Source: Azolla caroliniana (lineage: Eukaryota; Plantae; Polypodiophyta). From it: DNA of 64,000 nucleotides. Position numbers and translations under genes: made by a program. Of the stretch, positions 13,284-25,120 are shown piece by piece (positions within the stretch are counted from its first letter, which is position 1; every line of letters starts with the position of its first letter). The notes below the pieces were generated by a model that searched no databases, was not told the origin of the DNA, and saw only the letters and a program-made list of their open reading frames with translations. The stretch spans positions 1,054,001-1,118,000 of the forward strand of contig JBHGNT010000005.1 in assembly GCA_043228905.1 (NCBI GenBank), read 5' to 3'.

Positions 13284-16200
13284 GAACACGAAGTGTTTGC
13301 AATGTTTAGGGTTTAGGGGTAAACATATATATAGGGGTGTATATTATATTTACCCAATTTGGCTCTCTCTTTCATCCCGTGTGCATGTGCCCACATGTCA
13401 TAACCCCCACTCCCTAGCCCTTGCTCCATACGGTGCAGTTGGTTAAAAGCTCGTGGAATGTGTTTTGGTCGAGAAGTGTATAAAATGCAGTCATCTTCAC
13501 ATTACATCCTAGAAAACATACTAGTTGGAGATCAACAAAGCAACTTGTCTAGGAGACGAGTCTGAGTCTCGTGAGAAACGTCATGAGGTCTCAAGTTTGG
13601 AAAATTGGCCTCCGCTTTTTTTGAATGAGAGCATTGACAATCTCCGATTTTTCTCAACCTCGTTGCAAATATGTTTGCCCTTCTAAGCAATCATTGAGTT
13701 TTGATTGTCATCGATGAAACAAGATACTTCTACGAATAGGCAAAATTGGAATCTGCATAATAATAATAAAACAACCCCGAAGTCGAAGACAATCTACTCT
13801 AGCGAACATAGACCATCTTCTCTAGTTGGGATTATCATGTGCATAGCATCTTCGATATGTTGCATTGAGTGACATTATTTGTGAGTTTATTGATCGATGT
13901 ATCAAGAAAAGAAGTGTATAAGATAGAGAAAGCAAATACTAACTCTATGAATAGCCCTATGTACGAGTAAGGACATAATGACTTGATATGTTTATTTTAG
14001 AGTGTTTCCTAAGGCTAGAGTGACCATCTATATCATATTGACGATAGGTCTCTATGTTACAAATCTTAACACACATTGTGTGGTTGATGGTCGTTTCTAA
14101 ATTTTGGTGCTAAATAGGTGACTCCTTTTTGGCGTTGATCAATGAAATGTTTGAAGTGTCTTTTCAAAGAGTTAATAATTGCATTTGACCTCAACCCTTT
14201 GTCCTTTGGCATCTACAACTTACTCGACTTGAAATGGCAGGTAAGCTTTTTCCATTATTGTTAGTTTTGGACCCAAAACGATGAGGCTTTTAAAATCTTT
14301 CTTTTTGGTTGTCGCGACCCATCCACACTCCATGACATACTTACGAACATCTATAAGCATTCATTAGATGTGCAACTATGATCGTGGAATCTGCTATTTC
14401 ATACCAGTTTCACGAGAGATCCTTGACACATATGTGTCATGCCCATGAACAATTTTTATTCTTACAAAACATCTCCCACTACTACCCCTAATCATGCATT
14501 AAGTGTGGCATCCTTGATAGTGGCAATATACCCATGAACATCTATGTCCTTATATGCTATACACGACCATTACCTCTCTTAATCATGCCATGAAGTTTGG
14601 CATTCTTGACACATCCATGAACTTTCTATACACAGTTAGCGTTCCGTTCGTCCCAGTCTTATAATTATCTATGGCATTATGGCATTGTGACATTTTGGAG
14701 TTCATAAAAATTGGGCGTTTTTAAAATAAATACATGAATCACAAGTAACATTTGGGAAAAAGGAAAAAGACATCTCATTCGTCCAATAGACATATCTCAC
14801 ACGCAAGCACAAGGTCTCGACCAAGGTTTCTGTGTTTTCATTATTCAAAAAGCATATTGTATGATCCTAGTGTATTATTTTGAGTTATTAGTAATGCATT
14901 TATGTTGTAGTTAATGCTAGAGCTATAAGTGCTATTGTGATTTGAAAAACCGATTCCAATTTATTGAAAGATTACCTTTGAAGTTTCGATATATTTTGTG
15001 ATTGTATTTGAAAAGTCTATTGTTTTATAAACAAACTAACTTAACAACGGTGGTATGTTTGACAATGCATTCAAATGTCAACTGACTACATTTGAAATTT
15101 GATGAGCTATGTGATATGAAGATTGATTTCAAACTTGTAGATTGTAATGCATGGTAATGAATGAATGGGTCATGGATTTCATGCATGAATTACAGAGATG
15201 AGAAAACTAACTTTTAAAACCTCACCCATCACATGAAAAAAGTAACTTTCAAAAGATCAGCCATGTTCGTTCCGTAAAATAACCAACACAAATAAAATTT
15301 GGCTCCAAAATCAAGCTCTAACTCTACTTCCTTGCAAAATGTAAAAATTCCCTTAAGGCTATAGATCACAATCTCGGCCACAATAGTTGAATGCATTGCA
15401 AGAGATTACAAGCCTCTGATATTTTTATAACTTTTCTAGTTCAATCTTCTTGTATCCATTTATTTGTCAAGATATCAATCCTTGAAATTTCTATTTCTCG
15501 TTCAAGCTTTTTACAATCAGCCTATTATTATAGTAACTGTTATTGTTGTTAATTTAATTAATTTAGTAATCAAGCCATTTTGTGCTCATCCATAACTATA
15601 TACACGCAAGCAATCCCTCAAGTCAAGACATACACCATCCATAGCTAGAGGCTTCCAGCATTTTTTGAAGCTTGATCAAGCCCCTATTACGAGGATGGTG
15701 GAGGGAATTGCTAGAAAAAGAAAATGACCTATACCCATTCACCCACATTGTGTCTAATCACACCTATCAGTACCATATCTCCAATCTTCCTATTTCTAAC
15801 CGTACCATATTGACTTATGTTTGCACATGGCACATTCCCTCACTTTGAACAATGGCAACCTCAATGAGAAGAAATATTATGATTTACTCAAACAAGGGAA
15901 AGCCCTAGTACAGATTGATTATAAATAATGAAAAGAGTATCCTTGTACAATTGGGTAGCTAGCCCTACAATTATTTCTGGCTTTATTGACTCCAATTATT
16001 CATGTGGTTACAATCTGCATATAACGCTTACAATGGAGAAGATATTGAAATGTCAAGCGCCAATGTGGTGAATAAAAAGCCCCCTTGGGTTCTAGAAATG
16101 CACATTTCCCCCTTTATATAAGGTTCTCATCATCAATATCTTCCTCACATATCACATTGAGACTTTCTGAGAGTGTGATTATTGCTTTTTGTATCACAAG

Positions 16201-16486
16201 TGTTTTCCAACTTCACTCAATCTATGGCAGCATTATGATTGAGAAGAATATAAAAATACAAGCAAAATACAAATTGTAACCAATTTCAACATAGCCATCC
16301 AATCACAAATATTATTGTACCACATTAACAGAAGTCATCAGCATTTATCACATGAAAGATCTCACTGCAGCAGCCTATTGTGAAGGACCAAATAGATGCT
16401 ACTGCAGACCATATATCTAGATTCAAAATTTGATAAGGTTTATGATACAGTATTGTTGATACCAAATATGATACATAAATACCACC

Positions 16487-19318
16487 TTAAGAGCACATCG
16501 CTTTCTCGATCACTTCTTGGAGTTCACCACTTTTAAAGGCCTCTACATGCACATCACAACAACAAACACCTTTTAGTCAAATTTTAAAACAGAAACATGT
16601 CAATCAAAGTTCCATCTGCATATAAAGAAAGTTCCATCTGTATGAAAGTAAAAATATACTTGCAAACATGGAATCGATAACAGAACTACAAGCATCAAAA
16701 CAAACAGAATACAAGACATACAAACTAATTATAATGCAAAGAATGTATGCATATCCACACATGCAGGTTGATACATAATTAAGAAACTGTAAACAAATGC
16801 ACATATGGTTTTGGCATATTCAGCAAAAAAGTCATTGCCACAAATAAAGAAAGGAAAAGTATGCATTAAGATTTCTAAAAGATCAAATACTCCTGCTGAG
16901 AGACACAATGTGATATTTACAGCTAAAAATAAATACACTTCAATGAGAACAGAGAGAGAGAGAGAGAGAAGAGAGAGGTAGACACTGACCCATTGTAATG
17001 TCGCAACCTCCAAAGAATTCGCCATCTATGTAGAGCTGAGGGAAAGTAGGCCAGCTTGAGTAAATCTTCATGGCAGACCTCATTTGTTCATTTGCAAGGA
17101 TGTCCACGGTTTCATAAGGAACATTTAAAGAATTTAATATCTGCACTACAGTATTTGAAAATCCACACTGGGGAAATAACTTGTTGCCCTTCATAAAAAG
17201 CACCACCTTGTTCGACGACACGAATTTGTCCACTGCTTCCTTCATTTCAGGTGTTAATGCTACACCAATACATTGCACAAAAAGGATTGAGGAGAATCAG
17301 TGAGCCTGAATATAAATGTGTTTATTATATAAATGCAATATTTGCCCCATAAATTATAAGTTTCACTAAGGACTAAACCTACTTACATGATGAATAACAA
17401 AAACATAGATGCAAGCTCATAGACCAATAAAATTACTTCTTGGGCAACACCAATCATATTGAAGCATAGATACTAACAAAGAGGTTAGAAATAAATAAGT
17501 AAAATCAACTGGGTTCTACAGATATAGTTGTTTGTGTACAGCACCTATAACTTGATTACGAAATTTTGGAATTCACCTTCACAAGGGTGAAAGGCTATAC
17601 TTGTATATAAAAAACTAAAGAAACCACCAAAAAAAAGAAATGGAGAAAAAAGAAAGAAAAATCATGCAAACACAAATATAATTCCACTTTTTTACTTATT
17701 CCATGCCCATATTAGGTGAAGAAAGTCAAGGTCATCATCAACTTATTATGATTCATGATTCATGCTTCATGCATAGCTAGCTTAAAGGTCTGGGTCATCC
17801 TCCTAGCATTATCATTGCCTAGAGTAATTGCAAGCAATTGCACACCATCTACGCGTGCAAATTGGCCAATAAATTGTGATTGAATGGCAAGAAATGTCAT
17901 TTTACACGAAAACTAGTTTAACATTGTGGTCTGAAGTTCATCCAAAATTTATTCCATCACATAATGTGCATGTAGCACAAGGATATCATCAACAGAACTA
18001 AGAAAACCTCCTAGCATTACCAATGCCTAGGAGTTGCAAACACAACCAATCTATGCATCCAAAATTGGGCATACATTGCGATTGAACAGAGAGAAATCTC
18101 ACTTTATACAAAAACTAGATAACATTGTGGACTGAACTAAGAAAAAGGTTTACGCTCTTATGGTATACTGTAAGTTCTTTCTCAAGCTTCAAGAAAATAA
18201 TAAAACCTCTTCCAACCCTTTGTCCTCTAACTCCTTCCGTCTCATGAATCACCTGGTACACCAATTTTATTTATCATTTTCATACATCTGAAGAAGATAG
18301 AAACACCGCACATCAATTTCTTAAATGCCAGAAGAAAAAAGTAAAATTTGAATAAATGGTCATCAAAATTGTTGTTTCAAGGGAAAAGATACCATCCATC
18401 GGTGCATCTCAAAACACGCTATCCACCTTCACTAACTACAAATACTTTTACTTGTAGAAAAGGTGATTGAACAATTCTCCACAAATTTTGCATCGGGATG
18501 GATGGTTACGAGAGATATACATCGTGGCCTAAGTCTAATGCACTTGTCCTTTCCAACACTCCTTGCAAATCTAGAACTTTCAGCCTATCCCCAAACATGA
18601 CGTATGAAGGTCAATCAAAACATAGAAAGAACTTCAAAATACTTTTCAAAGAATGAAATGAAATGGAATTGGGCAAATGACTTTGTATTTAAATCCTCGA
18701 AAGAAGCAATACAGATGATACAATGTCTATATTCACATTTAATTCCACAAAATGACTTAAAAAAATGTTATAACTATGCATCCTTAAATAAGGGAAGCAC
18801 ATAATGCAACCACGAACAAGTTCATATACTCTTCAAAAAATAAAACACATTTTAGGAGACTTGAAATTTCAAAATTTTAAGGTGACTGATTTGTTCCTTA
18901 ACGAAACATAACCACATAATGGAAGCTCGTTGAGGTTATATTCACTTGAAAAGAAAGAAAGAAAGAACCTGAATGACCTTCGCAAGGGCCACAAAACCTT
19001 TTAGTTTTTCAGAAAACTATCATCTTCCGTAGCCAGAAACCTAATTAAACTAGATTGCTAGAAAGAAAGACCGAGAGTTGAGAGAGATTGTTATAGCACA
19101 CCATTTGAGGATCCACCAAGGCTTGATCTGCAAACGAATGGTTTCTGTTTGGGACGAAGAAGAAGGTTCGATTCCAAGAGACCCTGGAGAGCCCGGTTCC
19201 TGGGAGGGAGAGGGAGAGCCATGGAAATCTTACAAGAGCTCGTAAAGCACGAAGGCAAGGAGGTAGAAGCGTGGGAGCAGAATCCATTGGCTCCAGAGAG
19301 AGAGGACGCCATAGACAT
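16487..19318 (-). CDS. GRXS14: Plastid monothiol CGFS glutaredoxin (GRXS14/CXIP1-like), 175 aa
   Basis: Exons 19117-19318 (Ser-rich transit peptide), 16990-17259 (VVLFMKG..PQCGFS..YSSWPTFPQLYIDGEFFGGCDI) and 16487-16542 (EAFKSGELQEVIEKAMCS*), with phase-consistent GT-AG introns. Confidence 0.93.
17798..18136. repeat. Diverged ~130-bp direct duplication in GRX intron 1
   Basis: 'cctcctagcatta...aaaactagNNtaacattgtggNctgaa' occurs at ~17798 and ~18007. Confidence 0.6.
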
Positions 19319-20281
19319 GGATGATTTCTTCGGCTTCCTCTTTCTTTCTTCTTTTTCCGTGGGGTTTCTGGTTTATTTGATGAATGAATAGGGATAGAAG
19401 TGTATGAATGAATGAATGAATGAGAAAGAAAGATATATTAAGTATCTTCTAACACCAAATTTGGCCCATAGCGACAATTGGTTATAAATTACAATAATGG
19501 AATATGTACCCAACCAAATTTGGCCCATGAGAGAGTGTTTTGGTGGGACACACTGATGGTGCCAGGGGCCCTCGGCCAACAACACGCAAGCACGTGCCTG
19601 AAAAAGCGGATAGGAGAGGGCGCAAGCCCATTGTGTCCTCTTCCTTGTCTTTTGCCTCTGCCCGCGCTCGTGTTCCGTCATCTCAATGTTTGTGCCTCTA
19701 CTCATGCATTCGTTCTGGTGTGTCGTTATTCCAGTGTTTGTGCCTCTTGCCAATCTTCTTCAATGATTTGGTGCTTTCTCTGTGTCTTGATGCATTGACT
19801 CTTGTGACTTTTGTCGATGATAGTGTGGTCCCGAGTTTTCAACACTTTTCCGATGGTTGCATGCATATTGTCCATGGATCGATCTTCTTCTTCCTTGGCA
19901 TCTCTTCCATGAGAGAGAAGAATATAAACAATCCTGGTTCACTTTGAACCTCTTGGCTTTCCTTATTAGATTGCTCTGTCTTCATCATGCACATACCCAC
20001 TTTGTTATTAACAACACGCATCATTATTATCAAGGCCACCAAGGGTAATAATAAGGTCATCCACTCATCTACATGTCCTCTTATTTGTTTATCCACTTGT
20101 CCACCTATATGCATATTTGCTAACAAACCTAGGATTCACTTTGCAAATGATATTGTTCCCTTAATGGAAGTAAACTTATTCTTGATTCCAAAATTGATTA
20201 TTAAAAAGTCGAGGATTTCGAACCAACGTCATTAGAAATATAAATGTTTGGAATTTATAACTCATTGAGTGGGTCTCAAGG

Positions 20282-23100
20282 TTTTTTTTTTTCTTCTACC
20301 AAAAAGAATATACTCCATTAGTTAAAATATACACAACTTAGATCCCTTTATTGGGTAGGCCTTGCCTAAACTATCGTAACATTCATGAGTGATCTCACTT
20401 ATTTATCTTACACTTTTGCATTGGTCTCTAGCCAAACTTTCATACACATCACCTTCATTCAATATCCCCCATGACATCTCGTTCACACCCCTCTTTCAAC
20501 TAATGGGAGGGGGGAACAACCATCTGGGTATTACATACTACCATCGTATATCCTTTCCATTTGTTATGACCATCAGTGTAGTACACCAACATTTTCTGAA
20601 ATTCAGCCTCATTAATTCTGAAGCATCATTAGTACCATCCATCCGCTCATATTAATTTCTCAATGTAGTTATTCAGGTGTGCCATATTAGCTTAATCGAT
20701 TCAGCTGAGGGTGTTTGTTTGCTGAAAATACCCTGGTACACCTTGCCATCCATATGCACCATATGGTAATGGGTACAAGCAACGTCCATAGATCTCCAAA
20801 TTTTTGCTTATGTGCAATAACTGCGGGTACATGTTGTCAGTGATCAACTGGACAATTCCATTCTCCCCTCTATACATAGCTTTGCATGTGCTATCATATT
20901 TCGCCACATCATCCTCAAGGCAATTCCAGCAAGCATGTCCCCAGTTTAGGGTGAACGAACTAGTGGCATGGCAAAACAAACATAATGAGTTTTTCCATAC
21001 AGTCGTTGCCTCGCAACATTCTCATAGACAATGGGAAATGCTTTCTAACTGTCCACATGCAGTACATCTAGGGTCTACATTGGGGCCTTTACCCCACGTC
21101 CCTACGAGCAAAGCTCTATGTGCAATAAGCCATAAACACATCATTATCTTGCGGTCATTACTATCATACCATATCATTTTCCAGAATTGATCTAGTCTCC
21201 TTTCACTAATGCCTTCCTGTATCCAAAATTTATGTGCTGCAATCTTGCTCTGTTCTTGTTCTAGAATAATTTGCATCCCAATTTTCGTGTTGTACCTGAA
21301 AATTTGAACCAACTTTGCCCCCTCAATTCGTCCTTGAGTTCTCCAAAAATACATCGTTGGGTCCCATGATAGCTTATCTGAATGTCCTTCTATTGGCCAA
21401 CACATTGTCGTTGATGTGATCTCCCTTGGCTTAGGGTTAATAATCATACCCTTTCCATTTTTTGTAATAAGCCTAATCGGCCTTTTGCTTTGTAGGCTGG
21501 TTGTTCACATCTTGCCATTCTGTGCTTTATTTTGTAGTAGCAAGCCTCATTCGATTAGGCTTTCACTCCCTTAATTCCAATTAGGCGATTCTCGGCATCT
21601 ATAAGTCTTGTCCATGTAGTTTCAGAGGTAATTATATCTTCCTCTTCCAAACTATGTCTGTTGCATGCAATAGCAATTGTAATTCTCTTGAGCATGCCTT
21701 TACCCCTGTTTATTCTCCATATTCTAGCCTTTTGAGTGCCCACATCATTAGACAGAAATCTCTTCTAGTCCACAAATGTATTCCCTTGGGCATTGATTAA
21801 GTCGGGCCATTTGAAGCTTGCTTTTTGTTCTATCATCAACCCATCCACTTCTCTAATCAGTGGGTTCCCCACAATTGACATGTACATCCGAGCATATGCA
21901 TCATTTCTCCACCTACATGTGAATCTCCCCTTATTGATTCTTTGCCATACTTTCATAATTCCAACACCACATACACTCTGCATACTTCCCCAATATTTGG
22001 GTCGCAAGAAATCTCTTCTAGTCCACAAATGTATTCCCTTGGGCATTGATTAAGTCGGGCCATTTGAAGCTTGCTTTTTGTTCTATCATCAACCCATCCA
22101 CTTCTCTAATCAGTGGGTTCCCCACAATTGACATGTACATCCGAGCATATGCATCATTTCTCCACCTACATGTGAATCTCCCCTTATTGATTATTTGCCA
22201 TACTTTCATAATTCCAACACCACATACACTCTGCATACTTCCCCAATATTTGGGTCGCAAGAAATCTCTTCTAGTCCACAAATGTATTCCCTTGGGCATT
22301 GATTAAGTCGGGCCATTTGAAGCTTGCTTTTTGTTCTATCATCAACCCATCCACTTCTCTAATCAGTGGGTTCCCCACAATTGACATGTACATCCAAGCA
22401 TATGCATCATTTCTCCACCTACATGTAAATCTCCCCTTATTGATTCTTTGCCATACTTTCATAATTCCAACACCACATACACTCTGCATACTTCCCCAAT
22501 ATTTGGGTCGCATTTCTGGCACAAAACCCCAAAAAGGGCTGCTTGGCTAGCTTCCACCTTGTCTTGGCAGCCACATCTTCCATCTGCGTCTCTATAGAAT
22601 TTTCCAAGGTGCCTCAGGTGGTTGTAAGCTCCTGACCACCAATTTGCCTAGCAAGGCCTTCGTTTGCACCACTAGATCTATCAATCCCACCCCGCCTTCA
22701 CCTATTCCTTTTATAAGTGTGGTCCAAGCAACCTTTGCACGCGCTTGTTTTTCCTTCATGCCCCCCATAAGAAATTTCTAATAATTCTTTTTATCAATTT
22801 CATCGACTTGGGCACGATTATCCAGCATGCATCAGTATGCTAAATGGTGGCCATTAGAATCTAATTTGCAATCACTATCTTACCCGTGAAGGTTAGTTTT
22901 CTTGCATTACACCATATTAGCTTTGCTTTTATTTTGTCCATTAGTAGATTGTAGTGTTTTGCTTGCTCGATGTCCATACCAATTTTGAAGCCCAAGTATC
23001 TAGTAGCTTCTCCTCTCCTCAACCATCTGAAATTGGGGTCAAGGAGCCAATTTACCACTGGCTTATTACTGATCCAGTGGGCCTCAAGGTTTAGAGCAGA
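20282..23100 (-). mobile_element. 5'-truncated, decayed L1-type LINE (RT C-terminus plus zf-RVT/CCHC region)
   Basis: Fragmented ORFs carry TRYLGFKIG..KIKAKLIW..LTFTGK (RT thumb) and WLIAHRAL..CTACGQLESISHCL (LINE Cys/His motif). Stops and frameshifts are present. A possible poly(A) tail is the T-run at 20282-20292. Confidence 0.8.
21754..22512. repeat. Triple tandem duplication, 3 x 253 bp, inside the LINE
   Basis: Units start with 'agaaatctcttctagtccac' at 21754, 22007 and 22260 and differ by only 1-3 substitutions. Confidence 0.95.
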
Positions 23101-24569
23101 AAATAAACCATTATGCAAAGAGAATCTAATGTACCAAAAGACATTACTCATTTAAAACACACAAGTATGTGACTCCAATATGGCTAGTGAGATCCATACA
23201 TATCTACATGTTTCGAGAAAGGGGCCAATTGTTGATTATGTTTCATACATTTGGATAACGTTGCTAAGACCTTGTCCAACAAAAAGTCACATGCACATGT
23301 GATAATGCCGTATATAGATGGGAACCTAAGCATGTTAAGAACCTATACAACATGTGCTCAAGTAAAATTGCAGAAAAGCACATGATAAAAAAACCAATTT
23401 CCACAATGGGTCGATATTGTAGCACACGCTAGCCTTGATACATTCCCAAAGTGAGATGATGCTAGTACACCCCACTCATACTCATAATATATTTAGATAT
23501 ATGTAATGTGTATGTCTTTCGAAGGAGTAATAATAGTTCAAGTTAGAGTATTCACCACTTATTGTAAACCACACAAATAAGCATGCAAATTATGTATGTG
23601 ATTTAAGTAAAGCTATTGTCTATTGTTTAATATGTGACCTATATCATAGTGTTATGTGCATGCTTCGTAGAAGAACCACAATCGCCATTACTTGAATACT
23701 CCATGTGTCCATTGCATGTCTAAAATCAATGGGAAATCGGTTTGTAAAAGGCATATTCTAGGAATATTATTTATTTTCTGGCCCATTTTTATCTTCAATG
23801 ACCAAGATTTGTGCCAAGTTTCTCAACAATCAACCATTGGTAAAATTTCATTTTCACATCTTAACCTTGAAAAGTAATTGCTAACAATGTGTTGGATATC
23901 ATGTATTCTTTTGATGGGATTCTCTTAGAATCTACATGAAGTTTTATTGATATGGGTAAATACATGATGGCTTGCTTTAGACTATATGGAGTCCAAAACT
24001 CATTGAACTATCATCACCTTCGTGAATAACTATTTAAAATCATAATTTGTACATAAAGGACATGCATTACCAATCTTATTGCCAAGGTGTTACTTGGCTC
24101 CCTTAACCCAAATAATTCGCAAACCCCACAACAATTACCACAATTAAGATAGATGATTGGCCATAATCAATTGTAAGATTTTCTTCACTACTATCTAGTG
24201 AGTAATTATTTATAAGTAGACCATGAAACCTACATGCACACATGATTATCCACACGACCATGATTTTCTCCCTAGAAAATAACTCTGATGAGACCTAACA
24301 TAGCCAAACCTCGGAGGGTGCTTAGTGGGGAAGGACTAATGGAAAGGTGAGAAGAATGGCAACAAGTTGAAGTTATCTGCAAAGTAAACAGAATGGTTTG
24401 AAGCCTCAATAGTCAACCCTAAACCAGTCAATTTAGACCCTAAACCAGTAAATTTAGATTGCTCGATAAGCATGGTCCCTAAAGGAGGAGAAGCCAAACA
24501 TAATTAAACTATAACCTTCAGTTGGCAAATGATTTATACTTCATCAATAAGAAGGTGATTCTTAGGTTA

Positions 24570-25120
24570 TGTCGTGACTCTTGAGTAGGAAGCAGAGAGA
24601 GAGAGAGATGGCGATAGAGATAACGATAACGATAGAGATGGCGAGAGCGGTAGAGATAGCGATAGTGATAGCAAAAGAGAGTGAAAGAGGGAGAGAGTGC
24701 GAGAGAGAGAAAAGTATAAGTGAGAGATAAGAAATGGGAATGCGATTATATTATGAGAAAGAAGATTACAAGGAGTAGGCTAAGGGCTAAAGACTGGTGT
24801 TGAACCGAATGAGTTGTGATGAGTGTATGGACTCTTATTTATAGGCCCTTATGGAGTATTCTAGAATGTTCTAGAATATTTTAGATATTTATGAATAATA
24901 ATAATAATAAATATAATCATGAAATATTCAAGAACATTCTAGAATAATCTAGAATGTTCTAAATATCTCGTAATAACTAAACATATAATTATTATGATTA
25001 CATCTCACATATATTATTACAATGGTTAAAGTACAATATGTAAACCAAGAGGTTATGGGTTCGATTCCTGGTTCGCCAAGATGAATGTCATGATAAGCCA
25101 AGATGTATGTCTTCATGACA
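24570..25120 (-). repeat. 3' LTR (551 bp)
   Basis: TGTCGTGAC...CATGACA. Identical to 29958-30508 except A25013 vs G30401. Confidence 0.96.

Noticed and set aside
19373-20235. Cluster of overlapping 60-135 aa ORFs upstream of GRXS14
   Set aside because: No consistent frame, splice structure or motif. Probably a decayed TE fragment next to the LINE.
21754-22512. Possible CRISPR-like array or three tandem small genes
   Set aside because: These are contiguous 253-bp units with no spacers, and the repeated ORFs are LINE fragments in a eukaryotic context.
25010-25078. Functional tRNA gene in the LTR
   Set aside because: The acceptor and anticodon stems do not pair. It is kept only as a tRNA-derived promoter-like relic.
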